Shown piece after piece: positions 23,995 to 35,729 of a DNA stretch of 64,000 bases. Every line of letters begins with the position of its first letter. Position 1 is the first letter of the stretch. Origin of the DNA: Eledone cirrhosa (lineage: Eukaryota). Where the stretch lies: NCBI GenBank assembly GCA_964016885.1, contig OZ024740.1, positions 45,508,001-45,572,000 on the forward strand, in the 5' to 3' direction. The position numbers were made by a program, and so were the translations under genes. Below the pieces are notes generated by a model. The model searched no databases and was not told where the DNA came from. It worked only from the letters and a program-made list of their open reading frames with translations.

Positions 23995-24810
23995 AAGTAA
24001 AAGGTAAACAGAAGTAACAACACAATCAGTACAGTATATGGAAGGTATATATTTAGGTTAACACTTGATATAGCAGGAAGAGGGTCTTAATGTTTCGGAC
24101 GCTAGTCCTTCATCAGAAGAAAGAATGAGAAATAAAATAGATTAAGGAGACGGGCGGGATGGAATTGGAAAAAATGTCTTTAGATAAAAATAATAGGTCC
24201 ATTCATATTTACATCTCTTGCAAAACTGTTGGTGCTGGTGTTTTCTGTATGATTTGTTTTTTAGAAAAGTGGATGATGGCGCGCGTCTACTTGAAATGGA
24301 AAAAAAACCGTTTTGTAAAAAGAGCTATACTTGAGCACATGCGTGTGTGTGTGTCTGTGTTGTTATAGGTCTGTATGAAGCTAAGAAGAAATGTGTGTGC
24401 ATGTAAGTACGAAGCTATGGGCAAAAGTATGTTAATATAAGGGTGTGTATCGGCATGTATTAGTATTAAGAGAAGCTGCATGTATTAGTATCAAGAGAAA
24501 GCGATAGGAATCTAGGGGTGTGATAATGGACGGGGTATTAGAGAAATTGGGGAGGTGAGTTGAGTCGAAGAGGGGAATAGGACCCAAGATGGTGAATCAG
24601 ACTGTTCAGTCCTGGTGCGCGAGGCCTCTGATCCATGATGATGTAAAAAGACACCAGGACTGAAACATGTAGGGAAGAATGACCAGGAGAACAAATGATG
24701 GGCGACAGGAGTATCCAAACCGAGTCGTATATCCCTCAAATGTTCGGCAAAACGGTCCGCCATACAGCGTCACGTTTGTCTGATATATAAAGACCCACAA
24801 AGGGAACACT
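23995..24810 (-). mobile_element. Penelope-like element 3' fragment (GIY-YIG endonuclease remnant, 3' region and hammerhead)
   Basis: Frameshifted ...LYI...ADRFAEHLRDIRLGLDTPVAHH...; hammerhead core at 24085-24120; ends at (TA)n. Confidence 0.8.
24085..24120 (-). ncRNA. Minimal type I hammerhead ribozyme motif
   Basis: UCUU-CUGAUGA-A-GGAC(UAGC)GUCC-GAAA-CA-UU-AAGA: stem I UCUU/AAGA, stem II GGAC/GUCC. Confidence 0.7.
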
Positions 24811-26069
24811 GGAGGGCATAGACAACGTGGGTGGATGTGCAGGTGATGGAATGGCGGATACGGAAAGACCCGTTAGGGCCTGTAAGAGTGGTGAGGGTGG
24901 AAATAAAGTGTTGCATATACACACACACAAGAATGTTGTCTCCAGTTTATTTTCTCAGAGGACTTTGGCTGGATTTGATGGTCCACCAGAATCTCATTTG
25001 AGACGCCACCGTCGGTGACTCTCGCTCCTTCCCACATCCTGGATGCTAAATAATATTACAAATTGTTTATAATTCTTACAGAATATGGTAAAAGGCACAA
25101 TTAATATTTTGTAAAATAACATTACAAATTTTTTATAATTCTTACAGAATGAAAATTTAAATACATATAATAAATAAAATTAATTATTGCTAGGAACCTC
25201 ACAAATATAATGCACAAAAATATATGATCAAAGCGAGAAAAGAAATTCACCACTAAGTGCGTCAATCGGTCACCCCACCACAAGGGTCATTGGAAAATTT
25301 TGAGGCAAGCCAACATGCTTGCAGCATTACCACAAGTGATGGTGAAGCAACCAGGCACCCTCATAGAAATCACCTTACACATCGATGAGGTAAGCCATCA
25401 GTGGTCCAACTACACCAAACGTCTCGAATGCCACAGGCTGCAAAATAGTTATTCCCGGCATTTAAGCCTAGAAATAACAGGAATTAAACAAGCATTCGTG
25501 TAGAACCCCAGAATGAGGTATCTTATCAAAGTGTCTTGCTTAAAAATCTGCCCGTAGCTCTTGTTGAATTTAGACGGATCAAGAAAGCCACTGAATCTGC
25601 CAGTCATGAAGTAATTACCATGGTGTATCAGAAGACACAACTGATCTTCAGGCATTTGCCAGTACTTGTCCAAGGACCTAGACTGTGTTCCTCCAAAAAG
25701 TGCTCTCAGCCTTGGCTGACCAGGTCCCAAACCCAGACTAATTAGGCTGTCAATCGCAAACTTACTGAGACACATGCATACCATTTAGCCTTTGATAAGG
25801 CTAGGCATGAAAATCTAATTACCTTTTTTAACTTGCCCTGGCTTACCACCTGATATATGCCCAAAGTAGCTTCCTTACATCACAACTCAGTACCACATGA
25901 AAGTTTTAGCCTAAGCAACAATAGGCAGATATGAAATTTTGATAAGTCTGGTGAGACATGGAAAAGGGATACCAGCTGGTCTGAACATATTGTATCCACA
26001 ATAGCTGGCAATGAAAAAGCTGTAGGAAACTAAAGAAAAGCAACCTGCCATCACATATATCATCATAAG

Positions 26070-26925
26070 CTTCTTCTGTATTACTGAGTAACACCAGAGA
26101 TCTCGATCCTGTGTCATCACCTTTGAGAGGGGCAATTGGGTAAGGCCAGCTTTTATCACCTCATTCCAAGTCTTCCTGGGTCTCCCCACTTCAAGGCCTT
26201 CATCGACTTTGAGTGCTCTGCACCTTTTTATGCAACTGTCATCCTTCATAAGCATCAGATGTCTATACCAATGCAGTCTCCTCTCCTGCACACTGCATCT
26301 AATTCCTCTTATGCCTAGTTTCTCTCTCAATTCCTGTATGCTTCACCATTCTTGTTTATTACTATTACACATCCATTGGAGCATGCAAACTTCGTTTCTT
26401 TCTAATCTATGCAAGTCTTCTATACACAATGCCCAGGTCTCACTATCATGCAGCATTGCTGTTTGTATGCATGCATCATACAGTCTGCCTTTCATTTTGA
26501 GGGAAAAGCCTTTTGAAGCTAGCAGTGGTAGTAGCTCCCTGAATTTCATCCATCCCGTTCTTACTTTGGTTACTGCACTTTCAGAACACCCACCTCCACT
26601 GCTAAGTTGGTCACCCAGGTATCAGAAGCTGTCTACTGTTTCTATTGAGCCCTCCCTGAATTTGATAGCGCTTGTTTCGTGCAGTCGTTTGCTGCTTACT
26701 GTCCCGGTGCAGCTGCTACATGTAAAGCCTACATTCTAAGCTAAATTTCTCGAGATCCCACTACATCACTTGTGTACCCATAATTAGCATTTGGGACAGA
26801 GGATGGAATTTCTGCCTACACCTTTCCTACATACTGAGCAAGGCCATTTCCTTGAGGGGATCAGGGTTCTGTTTTCTCATCTACTTACTAGGACCTAAGT
26901 CTTTGTCAGGTTGATTTTAAGACCG
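26070..26925 (-). mobile_element. Older diverged RTE LINE fragment (post-RT region with PHD remnant)
   Basis: FRELLPLLASKGFSLKMKGRLYDAC and REKLGIRGIRCSVQERRLHWY in shifted frames; GKWPCSVCRKGVGRNSILCPKC remnant. Confidence 0.88.
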
Positions 26926-27224
26926 CTTATGAGTATAAAAAGTAACAACAAACATTTACTGACGTAAGCTTCTTCTGTATTACAGAAAGGAAGGTAAGTC
27001 TATAATAAAAACAAAGGTAGATGACTTGTTTTTTCCAAAGAGTCACAAATATTTTTATAGTTATCTCCCTTGTCATTAGTCTAACAGAACTGATAAACAT
27101 GTATATTCATGCAGCAGCTACTATGTATTTCTGTTATATAGTTATATTGATATTAACTGAAATATGTAACTGAAACTCTAGTCCCCATAAGATCACAACA
27201 CCATCTATATATAGAGAGATAGAT

Positions 27225-27363
27225 AGATTAACGTTCAAGCAAAGAATTTCTTCTTTCATCCTCCACAGGGTCTTCTGAAACTGCATCTACAGATTGATTT
27301 TTCTCAGTTTCAGAAGATCCCGTGTAGGATGAAAGCAGAATTTCTTTGCTTAAACTTTAATCT
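27225..27363. repeat. Palindrome, about 59-bp arms, with hammerhead-like cores
   Basis: Arms 27225-27283 and 27305-27363. Confidence 0.8.
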
Positions 27364-27402
27364 GTACTAATAATAAATATTTGCTTTATGGGTTTATATA
27401 TA

Positions 27403-27440
<38 letters not shown>

Positions 27441-27905
27441 CCTTAACGAGCCCTCTTCGAATTTTGGTCTTTGTATTTATTATTACTATATCCCCCCCCC
27501 CCACCACCACCATCACCACCGCGTGAAATGGTGGCAGGATAGATGCCAACCTACACACAAATTCTTCAGAACATAGCAACAGCACACTAAAGCTGACCTG
27601 CCAGCTGACCCCTTAACACCACTACCAACACAATGGAGGAGGTCAGCTGTACTTAAACAAAACCAACTACAACAGATTGTCTTGCCTCAGAAAAATTTCT
27701 ATAAACTTTTGACTGAGGAATGTTCTCACAACTGACCAATGGGATACGAGAGTGTCCTATGACGCCAAATTCGTTTGTTCTAATCCATATGATTCAGGTT
27801 CCTCAGAGGAATAACAACACAACCAGGAGCTGGACATATTGATGTATTGACAGAGTAAAACACACTTCAACAACATGCGTACCTGTCTTTCCCACACCAA
27901 TTCGG

Positions 27906-27960
27906 ACTGCCTGAAGAGGTCACAACCAATGATGGCTGTCACCGAAATATATATAGCAGT
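27906..27960 (+). ncRNA. Type I hammerhead ribozyme motif (probable Penelope-like terminal repeat)
   Basis: ACUGC-CUGAAGA-GGUCACA...UGUCACC-GAAA-UAUAUAUA-GCAGU: perfect 5-bp stem I, 6/7 stem II, palindromic stem III. Confidence 0.75.
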
Positions 27961-30900
27961 ATATCTATAATTTATAATAAATGAAGCCAAATTTTATATA
28001 TTTGACTTAATTATTTTATATATATATACAAGCAAAAATAAATCGAAATAAAAACATCTCAATTCCTTTGTTCTGGAAAGAGCTCCATGGATGTAACATG
28101 TGAAAAAAAATCTTTTTATATAGCTACATCTTAGTCTGTACTGGAGTTGATTTAATCAACAAACCCCCTCCCTCTAAAATTTCTGGCCTTGTGCCTATGA
28201 TAGAAATTATTGAATTGGCAAAATCGTTAGAGCCAGAACATCAAAAATACTCCGGTAATTTCCCTAAATAAAATAAATATGGAAATTGAAATCTTAAGAT
28301 TGAGAAGATCAGCCATTGAACAGAAATATAACGGTATTTATGAAAAAATGCAATTGGAATTTTCAAAAGAGGTTTATGGTATACTATTAGAAAATATCAA
28401 GAAAACTAGGAAAAAGAATGAAAACTTTTTTTTCTAGTACACGGTACAATTTAAGAAAGAATGTGATTCAGATAAACCATTTTTGAAGAAAAAGCAGTCA
28501 GGAACAAAAGATGTGCAGGAAAAATATAACCGAAACCAAGAAACCACAATTATCAAAGAACAGAGATCATACCAATATAAAGCAAATCTAACCAACAACG
28601 AAAAGTAAGAAAAACCAAGCAAGTCCATGGAATATATACAGAGAATGGTCAAGGGACATCAACCCATAGAAAAAAGTAGGAATATTTTAATTACATGTAA
28701 TAAATAATTCTGTTGTATAAATAACATTACAAATGCGTGAATAATATTATCGGTAGAAAGTCGGATGCCACGCTGCAGTTACGGCCCTTTATGATCTGAG
28801 TTCAAGTTCCACTAAGGTTAACTTTGCCTTTCATCCTTACGGGGTTGATAAAATAAAGTACCAGTTATGCACTGAGATAATTGCTGACCTTGTGCCAAAA
28901 GTATGAAACAATTATAAATTGTCCCCAATTCGTTCAGAAGAACATTATAAATATATGTAAATATATATATATACACACACACACACACCAATATATATAT
29001 ATATAATGTAGGAGGTGAGTTTTATTGTAGCACAATAAAGCAATGCAAATATCGGATAAGTAGCACTCTACAGTTTATATGACTGTTTATATATATATAG
29101 ATATATACACATACTCTCTCACTAAATTAAATCTTACATCTTTCTGATTTGTTCAGATTGGGTTTCTTTTGTGTTGAGTTTTTTTTCAATTACATTGGAA
29201 GTTCTTTACCTTGTCATTTTTAGTCTTCTTCTTCCCCTTCTTTGCATCATCTTCTCTTTACTCTTTTTCTTCTTATTATTATTTTAGGGCAGCGGATTGG
29301 CAGTATCAGACATTCTGAGTTCAATTCCCGCCGAGGTTAACTTTGCCTTTCATCCTTACTGGGTTGATAAAATAAAGCACCATTAATGCACTGGGGTTGA
29401 TTTAATCAACTTTCTCCTCCCCTTCAAATTGCTGGCCTTGTGCCTAAAGTAGAAACAATTATTATTATTTTAGGGTAGTGAATTGGTATAGTGGCTAGAG
29501 CATCAGAAAAGATACTTTAATGTATTTGTTCTGGTCCTTTATGTTCTGATTTCAAATCCTATCTTTGACCATAGAACCAAGGGCAGTTTCAGGCAGTTTA
29601 GTATCAAAAGGGTTAAATGACCATGTTTAACATAGTTATTTGTTTATGTATTTATTTTTCCATTTTTTTTTCTTAAATTCTTTTCAAATTCAACTTGAAT
29701 CCATTTCCTCATACACCAAGGTTTTCTGAGAAAATTGACTGAATTTATCAAACTGACAACCGATGTGAAATTTGAGAGAGGTGAGGAGAACTTTGCTCAT
29801 TATATAATGTATAATATATATATCGTTCATATATTAAAAATTACATAGCAATATGTATGTATGTGTCTTAGGCTTTCATTGTAAAAAAAAAACAACTCAG
29901 CAAATTTTGTTTTTTCCAATCCATGTAACAGACTTTAAATGTTTAGTGACAGAGGAATATTCTGTGTATGACACAAACCAAAAAGGTGTGTGCAAATACA
30001 CACAAACACATATAATTATATATATATATATATTTAAATGTATAGGAAAAAAAAATACTAGACATGAAGTATAGAAAATTTTTTCTATACGCCACCTCTA
30101 GTATTTGTTTTTCCTATACATTTAAAAAATATTATTACTCCATGATCTTCCACCTGGATACTATAATCTGATCCCTCTTATTGGACTATTACTGTAACCT
30201 ACAAGGACCATGTTGAGAAAAATACTTTGGTAAGCAACAATTTTTCATATATATATATGAAATATGCATGCATGGATATTCATATATACATACATATATA
30301 ATTTGATTTCATAGTGTATTTATATGTAAAGTGTACATATTATGTGTTATGTACATACACTAATTTCAATGATTTACTCACTTCCTCACTATTTATCTTA
30401 TAAAGGGTAGTGGAGGGACAATAAAAAATTAAACAAAACCAAAAAACAGCAGTGGGAAGCATAAAAAAATATCATTTCATATAATGACCTTAGCATCCGG
30501 AGAATTTATGTTTTCTTCTCAGTGGGGTCGAAGGTCAATTTTTATTGGCCATGTCAGTGAGAGGAACCGCGGGAACATTTCTTTCGCTACAACTTTGCGA
30601 TATTTGTTCCGACTTTCTGCGCTCTGAGTTCAAAACTCGCCGAGGTCGATGAAAAAGTATCAGTCCAGTATTGGGGTCGATTCTTTTTCTATATACACTT
30701 CTCTATCACCCACTCTCTGACTTTTTCCTTTTCTAGAAGAAATCGGCTGTGCTTCGACCTGGGTTAAAGTGAGAATAACGATTTCAAATGGAAGTTGGAA
30801 TAGCCGATTCATGTCTCTTAAATAAACGCTAAACCTACTTTTATTTAATTAGCCAAGAATACGCAATGTATATATCTCCTTTAGAGGAAATATTACAGCA

Positions 30901-31223
30901 AACAATCTATCAGCTGGAGGATACATTATAAACAAAATACAAAAATCCCGCCTTTTTCAAAATAATTTAACGTAGTGTGCAGCTTCTAAAATCATTACAA
31001 CGGACGGATATTTTTGCATACAATACCGCATCTAATTGTTTTAGAGGTAAACTGCTTATTCTTTAAACTGTTTTGTATAATACCAGGACTAAGGTAGATT
31101 ACAGTCAGTTCATAGATTATTATGATGCCATCGCTACTCCAATTTAATGTGGGAGAATGTTCTCTGGTGTGTAGAACGTCAAACACAAAATTGTGTGTGT
31201 TGTGAATTACTGTGTAATTTACA

Positions 31224-31635
31224 CGGTGGATTGGCAGTATCGGTAGAGGATCGGATGCCATGCTTTGAAGCATAGAGTTACCTCCCTGTATGATCTGAGT
31301 TCAAATCCCGCCGAGGTTAACTTTGCCTTTCATCCTTCCGGGGTCGATAAAATAAAGTACCAGTAATGCATTAGGTAATTGCTGGCCTTGTGCCAAAAGT
31401 AGAAACAATTATTATTAGTGAAGTCGGCGAAGGCGGTGGATTGGCAGTATCGGTAGAGGGTTGGACGCCATGCTTTCCAGCATAGTTACGTCCCTTTACG
31501 ATCTGAGTTCAAATCCCGCCTAGGTTGACTTTGCCTTTCATCCTTGCGGGGTCGATAAAATAAAGTACCAGTAATGCACTGGGTAATTGCTGGCCTTGTG
31601 CCTAAAGTAGAAACAATTATTATTAGTGAAGTCGT
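31224..31635 (+). mobile_element. Two adjacent SINE copies; second inserted behind the first with a TSD
   Basis: ATTATTATTAGTGAAGTCG follows both copies (ending about 31427 and 31635). Confidence 0.85.
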
Positions 31636-32271
31636 ATATATTAATTGATATTTATATTACTCAGTGGGACTAACAGCAACCAGTGGTTTATACCATCGCT
31701 CACGCTAACCCGATTTATAGGAACTTAGGACAATGTAGGAGAATGTTCCCAAAGGCACAACGTTGTGTGCTGAGTGTATAATGAGATTTACATTGCTTTT
31801 ATTAGTATTAATGAAATCATTTGAATTATCAGATTTATATATTATTCTCTTGCATTAACAACAATCAGTAACCTATACCATCACTATCCCGATTTATACG
31901 AGCCCTGAATGTATGGGAGAGTTGACATAAATCAATCGTCGCCACTACAACGCTATTAGCTGTCAGTCCAAGCAGCCGATGGAAACAGGCGAAGGTGACG
32001 TCACCCGTCAAATATCGTTTATTTCCGTATTACTACCACGCGTAAGTGGAGTTTTCACGCGGGTTTTTTGGAGAGAGAGAGAGGGGGAAGACTTAAAAGG
32101 GCCAAATTAGAAAACAAGTCATGGTTATAAAGCATATCGATGTAAGTGGAGTTACTTAAATGAAAATATAGGTGGCCCTTAAAAGGGCCAAATTAGAAAA
32201 CAAATTTAAGTTAATTAGAAAACAAGTGATGGTTATCAAATATATTTGATTTATTCATTTATATTTTCATT

Positions 32272-32588
32272 TGTAGCGGTTGTCTCCCTTGTTTTGGTTG
32301 GGATCTAGACGGGAAGTAGAACCCTTTCTGCAACTTCCGGTCAGAACCCTATAAAACTAACAACTTTAAGCTAACTTTCTCTCATTGCCCTTCCGGCGCC
32401 CTGGCTTTAGCCAGGCGTCCTCTGCCAGCCGCGTTTGCCTGGCAATCAAAACGGTAACTACTAACTTTGTTTCATTCTAACATCTATCTTTGACATGTCA
32501 AGTATACTATCTACCGTTAATTAAATATTATACACACAAACCATGTCTCGTTTTGTTACATTCATACAACCTCAGTAATCTCGCTATA
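32272..32588 (+). mobile_element. Solo LTR (probably Gypsy) inserted in the left Merlin arm
   Basis: Absent from the right arm. TGTAGCG...CGCTATA termini; 4-bp TSD CATT (32268-32271, 32589-32592); internal CCCTATAAAA. Confidence 0.8.
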
Positions 32589-32647
32589 CATTATTCACCA
32601 ACCTTATTCAAAAGCATGTTTAGAAACATTTTTTTCACTAACCTTAT

Positions 32648-33298
32648 TCAAATGCATGGAATCAGATGACGGATATGTTCTAATAACTTTTGGAAAATTT
32701 CTCCTTTAAATTCATACTGCCACATGAATTCAATGAGATGGGTTTGAAGCAAATTTCTGGCTGTCCCGTTTTCCCTTTTATTCCTATTTTTTACGTGTTT
32801 CCACAAGCATTCTATGTGATTCGTTGTGGCAAATGTTACTGGATCAACAAAATTGATCGAATGGTTCACCGTCAAATGTTGATAGCCTAGCTGATCGATC
32901 GTATTATAGGAACGCCATAGATCAGATATTATGGTTGTCCCTGGCAATATACGATCCTGTATAATGGTTAAAAGTGTCTCCGCTGTCCTGTCTTCTACTG
33001 CTACTAAAATACATCTCCTGGTACCTCTTTCCAAAGCACCAAAAACCCACTGTGTTTTCACAGAATGGCCACGATGGTATTTCCTTCTCACGAATGCGCT
33101 TTCATCAATCTCGACAATTCGGTTTGGCCCGCCAAGCTTAATGTTTTGTGCCACATAGTACTCTGCACATACATCACAGCAAAATTTTCGCCAATCTGCT
33201 ACGGCCACATTCGCGATACGACATTCCTCTGAAATCTTCTTGGCTAAATCTTTTTTTGCCCCAAAATATAATATATCAACTATTTGTTCACACTTCAA
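32648..33298 (-). pseudogene. Merlin/ISXO2-like transposase, N-terminally truncated inverted copy
   Basis: VEIDES, WVFGALER, IISDLWRSY, HLTVNHS and TNHIECLW (DDE intact); no N-terminal zinc finger. Confidence 0.9.
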
Positions 33299-33726
33299 AT
33301 TGCTATTTTCTAAAAATGAACTGTATTTTTACAGTTCATGGTATTAGCTGTCAGAAGTGAAAGTAGGGGAAGGTTGACGAATGACGTCACATATTTTCAT
33401 AGTTATGGTTATCAATATAAAAAAACAAGTCATTTTCACCAACAGTGGAGTTAACTTAAATGAAAATATAGGTGGCCCTAAAAAGGGCCAAATTATGGTT
33501 ATCAAATTTTTTTCACCAACCCTATATATTTATGAAGAAATGTTTACAAAACAAATTATTTTCACCAACCTTATTCAAAAGCATGGATACAGTGCCCATG
33601 GAGACAAGCGACAGTCCCCATGGAGACAATCCCCACCAATCAGCAACAATCATCACCAACACCACGTGTAAATAAATAAGCTTTAATCTTCACTTTGTGA
33701 TAATACACGCATCTGCAAGTTGAAAA

Positions 33727-34604
33727 ATGAGTTCTATAATATATCCAAGTGTTAAGGGAATTAACCATCGCTACCGCTACTACAGCAGATACCGTCAATT
33801 GGTTGAACATTCAAGGACTTCTGAATACACAAAGGGTCTGCCCTTCATGTAGTCAACGTATGTTGGAAGTAGCGAAACAAAATGTGTCAGATGGGATTAT
33901 CTGGTCGTGTAAAAGACCATGTAGAAAACAGGTTTCTATTAGAAAATAGCAATTTGAAGTGTGAACAAATAGTTGATATATTATATTTTTGGGCAAAAGA
34001 AGATTTAGCCAAGAAGATTTCAGAGGAATGTCGTATCGCGAATGTGGCCGTAGCAGATTGGCGAAATTTTTGCCGTGATGTATGTGCAGAGTACTATGTG
34101 GCACAAAACATTAAGCTTGGCGGGCCAAACCGAATTGTCGAGATTGATGAAAGCGCATTCGTGAGAAGGAAATACCATCGTGGCCATTCTGTGAAAACAC
34201 AGTGGGTTTTTGGTGCTTTGGAAAGAGGTACCAGAAGATGTATTTTAGTAGCAGTAGAAGACAGGACAGCGGAGACACTTTTAACCATTATACAAGATCG
34301 TATATTGCCAGGGACAACCATAATATCTGATCTATGGCGTTCCTATAATACGATCGATCGGCTAGGCTATCAACATTTGACGGTGAACCATTCGATCAAT
34401 TTTGTTGATCCAGTAACATTTGCCACAACGAATCACATAGAATGCTTGTGGAAACACGTAAAAAATAGGAATAAAAGGGAAAACGGGACAGCCAGAAATT
34501 TGCTTCAAACCCATCTCATTGAATTCATGTGGCAGTATGAATTTAAAGGAGAAATTTTCCAAAAGTTATTAGAACATATCCGTCATCTGATTCCATGCAT
34601 TTGA
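33727..34604 (+). pseudogene. Merlin/ISXO2-like transposase; zinc-ribbon frame (33749-33949) is shifted relative to the DDE frame (to 34604)
   Basis: CPSC...WSCKRPCRKQVSIRK* followed out of frame by LENSNLKCEQ...VEIDES...SDLWRSY...NHIECLW. Confidence 0.9.
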
Positions 34605-35347
34605 ATAAGGTTGGTGAAAAAAATATTTCTAAACATGCTTTTGAATAAGGTTGGTGAATAATGAAAATATAAATGAATAAATCAAATTTATTTGATAACC
34701 ATCACTTGTTTTCTAATTAACTTAAATTTGTTTTCTAATTTGGCCCTTTTAAGGGCCACCTATATTTTCATTTAAGTAACTCCACTTACATCGATATGCT
34801 TTATAACCATGACTTGTTTTCTAATTTGGCCCTTTTAAGTCTCCCCCCTCTCTCTCTCTCTCCAAAAAACGCGTGAAAACTCCACTTACGCGTGGTAGTA
34901 ATACGGAAATAAACGATGTTTAACGAGTGACGTCACCTTCGCCTGTTTCCATCGGCTGCTTGGACTGACAGCTAATAGCGTTGTAGTGCCCAATCGTCTT
35001 CAGATTGACTAATTCTTTGTGAAGGAATTTTCATAATCTACCACCTCAACTAAACTTATTACAAATAGTCAACAGATGATAATCACTTATTTGTTTTTGT
35101 GTGTTTTTGTCTATTTACATTTACTGTTGATTTATGTTTCATAACAATGGTTCGGTAAAAAGTAATTAATAAAATAAGTAACAGGTTTGAAAAATAAAAA
35201 AAAATTCTGGAGATCATATGAATGAGCAAATCATGGAACCAGTAAAAGGAAAGAATAAAAAAATATCTGAATCCAAATCACAGAAATACAATTTTAGGTT
35301 AAATCAGATAAATTTTATAGTGAAGGGGAGGTAAATACCGCGACATA

Positions 35348-35729
35348 CGAGGGCCGGCTGATAACTTCATGAAGGAGCGATGCTAGAGCTGTGGAATCTT
35401 GCATGCATTAATTTCAACACTTATTCTTTGTCCACTTATTCCTGAAAGGGTCGTGGTGGCAGTCCTCAGACACTCCTTCCATCGGGTCCTGTCATAAGCA
35501 ACCGTCTCCAACTAGATCCATAAGCGAGATCTGCCAAGTTCATAGATGTTATCCATCTTTCTTGGGGTCTACCCCTGGGTTCCCTGCCCGTAAAATTTGT
35601 CCAGCGATTCTTTCCTGAGACATTCTAACTGCATTGTTTCTTTCCAGGGGCTACGTTGAAAAATAAAGCTCATTTAGTCTATCCATGAAAGTATCTTGGT
35701 CAGCCTAAGAACTTTCCAGTCGACACTCG
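35348..35729. mobile_element. Mariner-type non-autonomous element with an internal unrelated fragment
   Basis: TA|CGAGGGCCGGCTGATAACTTC ... GAACTTTCCAGTCGACACTCG|TA. Confidence 0.6.

Larger units (their letters stand above)
31941..34990. mobile_element. Fold-back Merlin (IS1016/ISXO2-like) DNA transposon with about 1.05-kb inverted arms
   Basis: 8-bp TSD CAATCGTC at 31933-31940 and 34991-34998. Ends GCCACTACAACG / CGTTGTAGTGCC. Arms 31941-33313 and 33939-34990. Confidence 0.92.

Noticed and set aside
30033-30126. AT-rich palindrome as a ribozyme or miRNA hairpin
   Set aside because: No hammerhead core, low complexity and no supporting evidence; probably a MITE or TE remnant.
32648-34604. 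Bacterial IS1595/ISXO2 contamination or recent horizontal transfer
   Set aside because: It is embedded among host SINEs, carries a solo LTR and has local non-autonomous relatives. This fits the eukaryotic Merlin superfamily.
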